Source: an uncultured bacterium (lineage in GTDB: Bacteria; Verrucomicrobiota; Kiritimatiellia; PWTM01). Taken from it: a DNA stretch of 64,000 nucleotides. This document shows, piece by piece, positions 7,605-16,517 of this stretch. The position numbers and the translations under genes were made by a program. The first letter of the stretch is position 1. Each line of letters starts with the position of its first letter. The stretch covers positions 1,277,864 to 1,341,863 of the forward strand of contig CAVUUJ010000002.1 in assembly GCA_963744655.1 (NCBI GenBank). The letters run 5' to 3'. The notes below the pieces were generated by a model, which saw only the letters and a program-made list of their open reading frames with translations, had not been told where the DNA came from and made no database searches.

Positions 7605-10600
7605 GGCGCCGCCTCCACGATCACCTGCCGGTAGCCGTGCCGGCCGACGGGGACGGTGATCGTGTCCCCGCCGTCATGCGAAAGGGGCGCCTCGTCGTCG
7701 GACGACCAGCCCTCCTTGCCGCTGTCGGTGTCCGCCTCCGCGTCCGTCACGCGCCAGCGGGCGGGTGCGGGCAGGCCGAGGGCCTTCGCGTCGAGGCGCA
7801 CGTGCGCGTCGACCGCTTCACCGTAGTTGACCACCGCCACGAGCACCTTGCCCGGCCGCTTCCAGGCGACGAGGTGCACGTCCGGGGCGTCGCAGGCGAG
7901 GCCCGCGTCCCCGCGCCAGGGGGCGACGAAGACCACGTCGTCCGCGTCGATGCCGAAGCGCCGCCGCCCGATCCACACGGGCCGGTTGAGGCCGTTCGCG
8001 TTGGAGGAAGGCAGGATCTCGTAGAGGAGGCAGGCCCCGGTGTAGGCGCGCATCACCTCCGTCTTGCGGCGGGGGTCCCACCGGCCCTGGTACTCGTGCA
8101 GGAACTAGACCGCCAGCCCCCAGGCCGGGCCGTAGGCGAGGCGCAGGCGGTCCGGCGTCCAGAAGTCCATGAAGTCCTTGCCCATCTCCGGGTAGATGAC
8201 GTGGTGCTCGCCGTCGAGCGCGATGTCGGCGGCGCCGAGCCAGGGGCCGATGAAGTTGTTCGTCGTGTGCAGCACGAAGGTGCTGCGCCCGTTCGCCTCG
8301 TGGAACGCCGCCCGCATGCGCAGCAGGAGGCGGCGCACGGCGAAGACGTTGTAGGTGGGCTGTGCACGGCCGTCGGGCAGCCGGTAGCCGCGGCCGGCCT
8401 CGAGGTTGGCGCAGGCCTGCGGGCGGGAGTTGTCCAGGTAGAAGCCGTCGATGCCGCAGGACTCGGCCCACGTGTAGGCGTGGTGGACGATGAAGTCGAC
8501 GAGCGTGTCGTCGAACGCCGAGCCCGTCGCTGACCGAGGTGCGCCACTGGTCGCCGAAGTACGCCACCTCCGGCGCGAAGCGGGCGGCGATGCGCTTCCA
8601 TTCGATGTAGGGCACCGCGGTCGAGCGGCGGGTTGCACCCTCGCCGAAGATGTAGCTGTTGGCCGTTGCGTGCTGCTTCTCCACCAACTCGCGGGACGCC
8701 GCCTCGTCCAGGGGGAAGGGGATGTTGCTCCAGATCAGGTGGCCGCCCTTGGCCTTGATGCCCTGGTAGTCCCTGAACGTGTCGCCGGTCCACCAGCTCT
8801 CCGCGCGCCACCCCTTGCGGACGGGCTTCACGGGCGTGGCCTGGAAGGCGAAGACGAGCGTCCGCGGGCCGTCGATGACGGCCGGGCGGCCGACGAGGTG
8901 GAAGACGAGATCGACGCTTCCCGGGCCGTCGCGCCGCAGCTCGAAGGCGGGCACCCCGTCCGCCTGCACCCAGCCCTCGTCGCTGTCCGCGTACCAGCAC
9001 AGGCCCGCGTCCGGGCCGCCGACGTACACGTAGGGCACGAAGGACCCGACGGCCATCGGGTTGCCGCTGACCTTCCGGCAGTCCCAGAGCCGGCCTTCGC
9101 CCTCCTTCGGGATCGCGCCGTAGTCGAAGCCGTAGCGGATGCCCCGGCCCGCCGCGTGGAACGCGTCGGCCTGCGAGGGGTCGAACGGCACGACCAGGCG
9201 CAGGGCGCCGACCTCGACCGGCTCCGGGCCCGGGTCGAGGGTCAGCTCGTAGCGGAGCATGCCGTCGAACTCGGTGGTGACGGTGGATCGCACCTGCAGC
9301 CCGCCGAGCGTCGCCCCGGCGGCGTGGACGGCGCGGTGCTCCGCCGACGCGACGCGGCGCAGCGAAACCGGCTCGGCCGGCGCGGCCGTCCCGCCGGGCG
9401 CTTCCGCCTCGAGCCGCACCGGCCCGGCCAGCAGCCGGCGGCCCTGGGAGACCACCTGCTCCGGCAGGCCCGCGGCGCCGAGGCGGACCTCGCGGCCCCA
9501 CACGGCGACGGACGTGTCCGAGGCCCGCACCGGGGTCCACGGGTCGATCACGCGCTCGATGTCGCCGTGGGGGGTCTCCCACCAGGTGAAGGCCTCGGCG
9601 GGGTCCTTCTTGCTGAACGTGCTCTCCCGTTCCAGGGCGACGCGGCCGTCCGCGTCGCGCGCGACGAGGCGCGCGGTGTACTCGCCCGACGGCAGGCCCG
9701 GCAGCGGCAGCAGCCCCTCGACGTAGGCCAGGTCGTCGAGCGCCAGGTCCGCCGCCGCCAGCTCGCGGCCGTCCGCGTCGACGACGGAGGCGCGGAACGC
9801 CGCCAGCGTGCCGCGCGCGTCGTAGTTGATGAAATCGCCCGCGACGCGCAGGTAGTCGCGCACGGGGTTGAAGACCAGCTTCAGGCCGACCTCGTCGCCG
9901 CGGTCGTCGAGACGCGGTTCGACCTTCGCGCTGTCGAGTTCACGCAGCGAGGCCCAATCGGCGAGCACCGCGCCGCCGTCGGCCGTGGTGACGGTGATCC
10001 GGTACAGCCCCTCGCCCGGCGGGACCGCCGCCGGGTCGTCGGGCCCGGCAACGGCCGCGCCGCCCGGAAGGTCGAGCATGCCCGAGCGGGCGGCGCCCTC
10101 CGCCTCCAGCGTCCAGCGCAGGGCCGCGGGCTCCTTCGACCAGGCGCCGAGCCGGAACCCGAAAGCGCCGGAGGCGGGATCGCCCACCGCGTCCAGGTGC
10201 ACCGCCGGTGCGGTGCGGGAGAGGACGCAGCGAGAGTGGCTGTCGAGCACGGTGAAGGAACTCGTGCCCTCGATGGAGTTCTGCTCCCACGGCCGCTTGA
10301 AGTTGCGCGCGATGAGCAGCGTCAGCTCCTGCCCGTCCTCGAACGGCCCGTCGAGAAACAGCGAGGCGCGCGGGATAGCCATCTCCCACTCCCACACGTT
10401 GTCGTCCGTGAGGCGGTTGACCGGCTCCCACCCCGACGACCAGCCGATGCGGCTGTTGCCCACGGCGGGCAGGTGCAGGACGTCGTAGCGCGCGCCGGCG
10501 AAGTTGGCGAGGAACTGGAAGAAACAGGGCTGCCCGTCCTCCGTGCGCGTGCCGACGTCGAGGAAGATCTCGTAGCTGTCGTCGAAGACCACGTTCCGTT

Positions 10601-10919
10601 CCGGCATGCGCCGGCGCAGGGCCTGCATCGGCCGCTCGCCGGGGCGCAGCGGGCTCTGCATGGCGACGTAGAGGTGCTCCTCGTCCCAGCAGAGGCGGAA
10701 GGTGGCCTGGCGGACACTCACCTGTCCGCGCTTCGCGCGCAGGCCGCGGACGGCGAGCGCGCCGCGCCATTCGTCGGCGCCGACCGCCCCGTCGATGACC
10801 GGCTTCTCGAGGGCATAGGGGAGGGCGAAGACGGGGCGCCGGTACGCGTCCGGCGCCGCCTCCTGCGCGACGGCTCCCGCGGCAATCAGGAAGAGCGGAA
10901 CGAGGGCGATACGCTTCAT
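7601..10919 (-). pseudogene. giant-paralog family member A (CBM9/DOMON-like N-terminus); disrupted by one frameshift and one in-frame TAG
   Basis: Start MKRIALVPLFLIAAGAVAQ (ATG 10919, AGGAG RBS). The reading frame changes near 8520 (..YFGDQWRTSVSDG | SAFDDTLVDFIVHHAYTW..). An in-frame TAG at 8105-8107 sits between ..GPAWGLAV and FLHEYQGRWDP... The homologous sequence continues to the stop at 7601. Confidence 0.75.
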
Positions 10920-11094
10920 GGGGAATCTCCTTCCGGTCGCCTTGCGCATGAACGGTGCCGCGTTCATGAAGAAGGCAGGCTAGCGGTGTCGCGGGGGGGT
11001 GTCAGGTTCTTTGTTGTCCTGATTGATGCGCTCCGGGAGAGATCAAACCGTTCCCGGTATGCCGCGCGGGAAGGCATGGCGGTCGGTCGGGGGG

Positions 11095-11268
11095 GAGACG
11101 GAGGGCGGAGGGCGGAGGTCGGAGGGCGGAGTTCGGAGTCGGAGGTCGGAGGGCGGAGGGCGGAGGGCGGAGAGCGGAGGTCGGAGGGCGGAGGGCGGAG
11201 GGCGGAGGGCGGAGGTCGGAGAGCGGAGGGCGGAGAGCGGAGGTCGGAGGTCGGAGGTCGGAGGTCGG
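11095..11268. repeat. heptanucleotide tandem array, about 25 units of GAGGKCG (variants GAGAGCG, GAGTTCG)
   Basis: Read directly. The period is 7 and the G-rich strand is the + strand. The array is intergenic between two minus-strand operons. Confidence 0.9.
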
Positions 11269-11413
11269 TCAGGTTTCGCGGGGGGGCAACGGAGGCAACA
11301 GGGGGCGGAGGGCGTTGGGACCGTCGGGCCGTGTAGCAGCGCTCTCAGAGCGCCTGCGTGGCGCGGGGCGGGCCGTCGGACCGTGGAGCGGCCCTGCAAG
11401 GGGGAGGGCGGGA

Positions 11414-12904
11414 TCAGTAGGCGTGCAGGCGGAAGCGGACGGCGGTGACGGTGTCGCCGAACAGGGCGCCGGTGCCGTGGGCGGTCTCGTCGCCGTTGAG
11501 CCGGCGGGCAGCGCGCCAGGCGCCGTCCTCGAACCGGCCCTCGTCGAGCCAGAGCAGCTCGGCGGTCGCGCCCGGGCCGCCGGTCCGCTCGAACGTGAAG
11601 ACGATTCGCTGCCCCACGGCGGTGAAGGTGTCGTCGCCCTCGGCCAGCACCAGCGCGGCGCCGGGCACGGCGGTCTCCCCCGTCGGACCCCGGGTGCGGG
11701 CCCGGAGGCGCCAGCCGTCGAGCTCTGCGTCCCACGTCTCCTCGTCCGCCTGCTGCAGGAAGCCGGCGAGCCGCCCGGCGCCGCGCGCGGCGGCCAGCCG
11801 CGCGCCCATGGGGCGGAGCAGGCGGTAGACCGCTCCGAGCGGCGCGTCCGCGGGGAGGTCCTCGACGCCGAAGGGCGCGAAGCCGAGCGCCTCGTGGCGG
11901 CCGAGGGCGTAGAGGGCGCGCGCGCCGGCGCCGGCGTCGGCCCTGGACTCCGGGATCAGCAGCGGGTTGCCCAGCCGCGTGTAGGCGGCGCAGTAGCCGC
12001 GGAAGTCGGGGTCGTAGATGTCCGGGGCGACGAAGTCGATGCGCGGCGCCGCGGCCCGCCACACGGGCAGCATGCGCGCGGTCGGCCCGCCGCTGGGGTA
12101 GTCGCCGGCCTGGTAGCCCGGGCCGCGGTCGAGCCAGGCGTTGACGCCCATCGGCAGGTCCCACGCCGCCCGGCCCGCGGCCGCCACCGCGTCCACGTAG
12201 CGGGCGATGTGCCAGGCCATGAAGACCTCGGCGGCGTCCTCCCCGAAGACCGCCTCCCAGCCGCCGGCCCCGCGCAGGGGTCGCAGGGGTTCGGCGAAAC
12301 CGTCGTCCGCCTCCTCGAGCGCGCGGAGCAGCCCGGGCGGCACGTCGCCGCGGAAGGCGGCTTCCGCCGCGGGCGAGAAATCGCGCGGGGTGCCGAGGAT
12401 GCCGACCTCGTTTTCCACCTGCACGAACGGAATCGCCCCGGCCGCCCCCGGCCGGCCGCGCAGGTGCGCCATCACCGCGGCGAAGGCGCGGGCGTCGGAC
12501 TCCCGCGTGGCGGCCTCGAAGCAGGAGAGGGTCCACAGCGCCCTGCCCCCGCGGTCCCGCGCGCGGGGGAACCGCCCGCCGCCGGTCTTCACCCACGCGG
12601 GGGCGTAGCAGGAGATGGCGTTCTTGAAGGCGCCGAACCAGAGGGGGACGAAGCGGAGCCCGCGCTCGCGGCAGAGGTCCAGGGCCGTGTCCGCGGACGC
12701 GAAGTCGAAGGCGCCTTCCTCCGGCTCGAGGAGTTCCCAGTACAGCGGCACGAAGGCCGCGTCGCCGCCGAGCGCGGCGAGCCGGTCGAGCGCGGAAGCG
12801 AGGGTCCCGCGCGAGGCGGCGGCGGAGTTGTGCACCTCCCCGCCGAGCAGCGGCGGCAGCGCGGCCAGGGCCGGCGGCAGCGCGGGGGCGCGGGACGCGG
12901 TCAC
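11414..12904 (-). CDS. GH35-like beta-galactosidase-type hydrolase (GH35 N-domain plus DUF5597-type architecture)
   Basis: GTG start in a GTGA overlap at 12901-12904. Motifs LLGGEVHNSAAAS, FVPLYWELLEPEEGAFDF, LRFVPLWFGAFKNAISCYAPAWVKTGGGRFPRA and FVQVENEVG. The longer track ORF (to 14104) is a shadow extension. Confidence 0.75.
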   Translation of the reverse strand: MTASRAPALPPALAALPPLLGGEVHNSAAASRGTLASALDRLAALGGDAAFVPLYWELLEPEEGAFDFASADTALDLCRERGLRFVPLWFGAFKNAISCYAPAWVKTGGGRFPRARDRGGRALWTLSCFEAATRESDARAFAAVMAHLRGRPGAAGAIPFVQVENEVGILGTPRDFSPAAEAAFRGDVPPGLLRALEEADDGFAEPLRPLRGAGGWEAVFGEDAAEVFMAWHIARYVDAVAAAGRAAWDLPMGVNAWLDRGPGYQAGDYPSGGPTARMLPVWRAAAPRIDFVAPDIYDPDFRGYCAAYTRLGNPLLIPESRADAGAGARALYALGRHEALGFAPFGVEDLPADAPLGAVYRLLRPMGARLAAARGAGRLAGFLQQADEETWDAELDGWRLRARTRGPTGETAVPGAALVLAEGDDTFTAVGQRIVFTFERTGGPGATAELLWLDEGRFEDGAWRAARRLNGDETAHGTGALFGDTVTAVRFRLHAY

Positions 12905-14034
12905 GCCTTCACCCGGGCCAGGTCCGGCCCGCCGCGGCCGAGGCCGAGCACCTCGTGGCGGAGGCGCAGGTAGGCGAGGTAGTTGTCGAACGACACGTCC
13001 ATCGGGCAGCAGTGGTCGAGCGTCGGGAAGTACCCGCCGCGCTCCACGGCCGGGCGGACGCGTTCCAGCTCCGCCCGGATCGCGCCGGGGCCGCCGGTCA
13101 GCCGGTGCTTGTGGATGTTGCCCCACCACAGGGCGCGCTCGCCGTAGCGCGCCTGCAGCTCGTTGACGTCCACGCCGGCCTGCGCCTCCAGGGGCCAGAA
13201 CAGCTTCACGCCGCCGTCGAGCCACGCGTCGAGCAGCGGCCGGATGTCGCCGTCGGAGTCGACCGAGACCACGTCGTAACCGTAGCCGCGCGCGAGGTCG
13301 GCGACGCGGCGGTAGCGCGGCACGACCAGCTCCCGGAAATGCGCGGGATTCATGATCGGCCCGTTCTTGAAGCAGATGTCCTCCCAGAAATGCACACCCT
13401 CGGCGGGCGCGCCGCGTTCGCCGAAGATGCGCACCTGCCGCTCGGCGGCCCGGGCGTGGGTCTCGATCATGTCCTCGAGCCACGCCGGGTCGTCGTAGGC
13501 CATCATGGCGAAGACGTTGAACCCGAGCAGGTCGCGCGGCCGGCCCGCGAGGCTGCCCGCGTCGATCCAGACCGGATGCCCCGCGGCGCGGGCGCGCCCG
13601 GCGACCGCCGCCGCCACCGGGTCGTCCGGGCCGGGCAGCGGCGCATCGACGTCCATCCACGCCTTGTAGCGCTCCCACTCGTCGCGGTCGCGGACGGCGG
13701 GCCGGACCTCGTGCGGGATGGTCTTGTGCGAACCCTTGTTGTCCTGGATGACCGACCCGTCCGCGCGCCGCGTGGTCACGGTGGTTTCCGTCTCCTCGAG
13801 CACGTCCGTCTCGAACAGCGGCGTCCGGGGCGGCGCGTACGAGAGGCGCAGGGGGTAGCGGTCGAGCCCGAACGCCTCGCACCACGCGTCGTAATCGCGG
13901 GGATCGAGGTCGGGACTCAGCCCCTCGCCCTGCCACCGCTCGTAGGCGGCGAGCAGCGGCCCGTGGTCGATGTTCGGCGGCGGCACGCCGGGCTCCCGGC
14001 GGACAAAACGACGGTACTGCTCGCGCGGATTCAC
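12901..14034 (-). CDS. URO-D-superfamily protein (uroporphyrinogen decarboxylase-like TIM barrel), DSDGD subtype
   Basis: 377-aa ORF with balanced composition. Motifs FKNGPIMNPAHFRELVVPRYRRVADL, VVSVDSDGDIRPLLDAWLDGGVKLFWPLE and FPTLDHCCPMDV. Alignable with the 25195..26268 product. Confidence 0.75.
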   Translation of the reverse strand: MNPREQYRRFVRREPGVPPPNIDHGPLLAAYERWQGEGLSPDLDPRDYDAWCEAFGLDRYPLRLSYAPPRTPLFETDVLEETETTVTTRRADGSVIQDNKGSHKTIPHEVRPAVRDRDEWERYKAWMDVDAPLPGPDDPVAAAVAGRARAAGHPVWIDAGSLAGRPRDLLGFNVFAMMAYDDPAWLEDMIETHARAAERQVRIFGERGAPAEGVHFWEDICFKNGPIMNPAHFRELVVPRYRRVADLARGYGYDVVSVDSDGDIRPLLDAWLDGGVKLFWPLEAQAGVDVNELQARYGERALWWGNIHKHRLTGGPGAIRAELERVRPAVERGGYFPTLDHCCPMDVSFDNYLAYLRLRHEVLGLGRGGPDLARVKA

Positions 14035-14185
14035 AACATCCTCCCCGGCGGACTGCGCCCGCTCTCCGCCCCGCCGTCCCCGAACGGGACGCGGCGGGCG
14101 GCACGGACCCTACTACGCGGCCCGCGGCCGGGCAAGGGGCGACGGCGGCGGCTGCGGCCGGGCCGGCGGAGGGTCGGACCGTGGG

Positions 14186-14296
14186 GAGACGGAGAGCGGA
14201 GGTCGGAGACCAGAGGTCGGAGGTCGGAGTCCAGAGGTCGGAGGTCGGAGACCAGAGGTCAGAGGTCGGAGTTCAGAGGGCGGAGGGCGGAGGGCG
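14186..14296. repeat. heptanucleotide tandem array, about 16 units (GAGGTCG / GAGACCA / GAGGGCG)
   Basis: Read directly. It opens with the same GGGGAGACG GAGRGCG lead-in as the 11.1-kb array. Confidence 0.9.
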
Positions 14297-14312
14297 GGGT
14301 CGCAGAAAAGGT

Positions 14313-14371
14313 GGTCCGCGCTGGCCCTCCGCCGCCCCTGGGGCTATGGAGGACAAGCCCGAACGCGGGCA
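14313..14371 (+). repeat. dispersed ~60-nt intergenic repeat (core CCCYGGGGCTATGGAGGA), copy 1
   Basis: GGTCCGCGCTGGCCCTCCGCCGCCCCTGGGGCTATGGAGGACAAGCCCGAACGCGGGCA. Reverse-complement copies lie at 40693-40753 and 46758-46815. Confidence 0.8.
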
Positions 14372-14384
14372 AGGCGAACGGCGG

Positions 14385-14428
14385 AGCGGAAAAGAGAACG
14401 GCCCCGCCGGGTTTCCGGCGGGGCCGTT
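14385..14428 (-). terminator. Rho-independent terminator candidate for the decayed PEP-CTERM gene
   Basis: 14-bp perfect stem AACGGCCCCGCCGG / CCGGCGGGGCCGTT with a GTTT loop (14397-14428). On the minus strand it is followed by CTCTTTTCC. It lies 27 nt past the TAG at 14455-14457. Confidence 0.6.
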
Positions 14429-14454
14429 CGTTGCCGTTCGGCTGCGTTCGCCGT

Positions 14455-15235
14455 CTAGCCGCGGCGGCGGCGCAGGACCAGGGCCGCCCCGCCGAGGAGC
14501 AGCAGGCCCACCGAGGCCGGCTCGGGGATGAGGTCTACTCCATCGTCCAGACCGGCCGGTCTGGTTGTTGGACCACTCGATGCCATACTGCGTATGGCAA
14601 ACTGGTGGTCACGGTTGCCATCGCGTCCGCCCGGCGGATGGCGATGCCGAAGTTCTCGACGGGTTCTGGATCATGCGTCGAAGTCGGCCGCGCGCCCCGC
14701 GGCGGTGTCCCGAGATCGAAGGTGAAGGTGTCGGCGGTAGCGGCACCGCCATCCGCGACGCCATCCGAACTCGGCCGCGAAAACGGACTCGTCGCCGAAA
14801 TGCACCATGGAGGGAGGCGTATCGCCCACGGCGAGGGTGGCATCCCAATCGCGACGTGACGCGGAAGAAGGAGATATCGGCAGATCGCCCGTCGTGGGAT
14901 TGAGCCGAATTCCAGAATCTCATCGTGAGCGTCCAAGCCGAAGCCGCCTTCTGGTCCGTAGCGTCTTGGCCGTCAGGTCCACCTTCTCGTAGAATCCAGT
15001 AGGTCCAGGGTCGTTGGGAAACTGCCCGTCCAGGTAGCCAGATTCTGGCATAGCTGGCCGCCGACCTCCTGCATGAATAGTCTGGTCCTCGATACCGTGT
15101 CGACCTGATCTGACGTCCACCCACAGGCGCCGCGTCGGCGCCGATGCCCGAGTCATAGGTCACCAGCGCGGCCATGGCCCCCGTGCCAACCAGCAGGGCG
15201 GCGGCGGCAACGGCCATCCACTTGCACTTTCTCAT
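14455..15235 (-). pseudogene. decayed PEP-CTERM protein gene (multiple frameshifts)
   Basis: The signal peptide MRKCKWMAVAAAALLVGTGAMA (ATG 15235) and the sorting signal DLIPEPASVGLLLLGGAALVLRRRRG* (stop 14455-14457) are in different frames. The span is 781 nt, which is not a multiple of 3. Protein-like segments switch frame several times between them. GC is locally lower. Confidence 0.65.
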
Positions 15236-15371
15236 CCTCTTCTCCCGTGTTGGGGCCGGACTCCGTCGCCGGCCATCTCTTCGCTCCGAACGAAGGCCCG
15301 AAGCACAGTTCACGCTTGCATATCACCAGAAGCTCCTGTTCCAATCAAGCAGATTCGTGTAATGAAGTGAT

Positions 15372-16517
15372 ATGGATACATCGAAACAAGAAGACCATGC
15401 CGGACGGGCCCGGCCGCGCACGGCGGAGGTGGCGGAGAGGGTGCGCGCGATGATCGTAGAGCGCGGGCTGCGGCCGGGCGGCGCGATTCCGACGCGGCGG
15501 GACCTGGCGGACGAGTTGCGCGTGAGCCTGACCTCGGTGCAACGGGGGGTGGCCCGGCTGGTGGAACAGGGCTTCGTGGCGGTGGACGGGACGCGGCGCA
15601 CGGTGGTGGCGGAAACCCCGCCGCACCTGTACCGCTACGCCGTGGTCTTCCCGCAGGAAACGCGGCTGCTGCTGGAGTCGCCGTTCCTGCTGGCGATGTA
15701 CCGCGCGGCGGCGGACCTGCCCGAGCTGGCGCCGCGCGTCTTCGAGCGGCACGCCCTGCCGGACTACTACCCGGGCGTCGGCGCGGCGCCGTTCGCCCGG
15801 CTGGCCGCGGAGGCGCGGGCGCGGCGGCTGGCGGGCCTGCTCTTCGCAGGCGACGCGAGCCAAGCGACCCGGTACGGCCTGGCCCTCGACGGCGCGGCCG
15901 CCCCCCTCGCCGCGGTATGGTACGAGCGCACGAAGTATCCGAACCCGGCGGCGGTGCTGGTGGACGTGGACTGGGGTTCGTTCGTCGCGCGGGCGGTCGA
16001 CCTGGTGGCCGCCGCGGGGCTGAAGCGCATGGCGATCCTCTGGAACGGCAGCCTGCGCGGCGCGGAGGGCATCACGGAGCGCGAGACCGAGCGCGCGGGG
16101 CTCCGGTGTCCGCGCGGCTGGCAGCAGTTCCCCGGTGCCTACCACCCCCAGCCGGCGCGGCACGCGGTGCGGCTGCTGTTCGAGGCGCCGGCGTCGCGGC
16201 GGCCGCAGGCGCTCGTCGTCGCCGACGACGGCCTGACGGGCGCCGTCTGCCGCGAGCTGGTCGACATGGGCCTCGGCTCCGGCCGCGACCCGCTCATCAT
16301 CTCCCACACCAACTACCCGCGCCCGCAGGGCGTCCACCTGCCGGTCACGTGGCTCGGGTTCGACACGCACGAGTGGTTCCGGACCGCCGTGGCGGCGCTG
16401 GAGGCCCGGAAGCCGGGCGACGCGCTGCGGTCTTGCAGGATCCCGGCGCGCACGCCGGAGGAGGTCGCGGCGGCGGGCGAGGCGGCGCACGCGAACGGCG
16501 CGAGGGGGGCGGCGTGA
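15372..16517 (+). CDS. GntR-type HTH regulator with a LacI/periplasmic-binding-like sugar-sensor domain
   Basis: 381-aa ORF. N-terminal winged helix: VAERVRAMIVERGLRPGGAIPTRRDLADELRVSLTSVQRGVARLVEQGFV. Divergent from the PEP-CTERM pseudogene and first gene of a sulfatase operon. Confidence 0.75.
   Translation: MDTSKQEDHAGRARPRTAEVAERVRAMIVERGLRPGGAIPTRRDLADELRVSLTSVQRGVARLVEQGFVAVDGTRRTVVAETPPHLYRYAVVFPQETRLLLESPFLLAMYRAAADLPELAPRVFERHALPDYYPGVGAAPFARLAAEARARRLAGLLFAGDASQATRYGLALDGAAAPLAAVWYERTKYPNPAAVLVDVDWGSFVARAVDLVAAAGLKRMAILWNGSLRGAEGITERETERAGLRCPRGWQQFPGAYHPQPARHAVRLLFEAPASRRPQALVVADDGLTGAVCRELVDMGLGSGRDPLIISHTNYPRPQGVHLPVTWLGFDTHEWFRTAVAALEARKPGDALRSCRIPARTPEEVAAAGEAAHANGARGAA

Noticed and set aside
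8105-8107. The in-frame TAG in paralog A as a pyrrolysine (or other recoded) codon, tempting because MtaA-like genes are nearby.
   Set aside because: The host gene is not a methylamine methyltransferase. It also carries a frameshift. No pylT/pylS-like sequence was seen in the window. A pseudogene or a base error is the simpler reading.
11095-11268. The heptamer arrays (also 14186-14296) as a CRISPR array.
   Set aside because: The period is 7 nt, there are no unique spacers, no 25-40-nt repeat unit and no cas genes. They are microsatellite-like arrays, not CRISPR.
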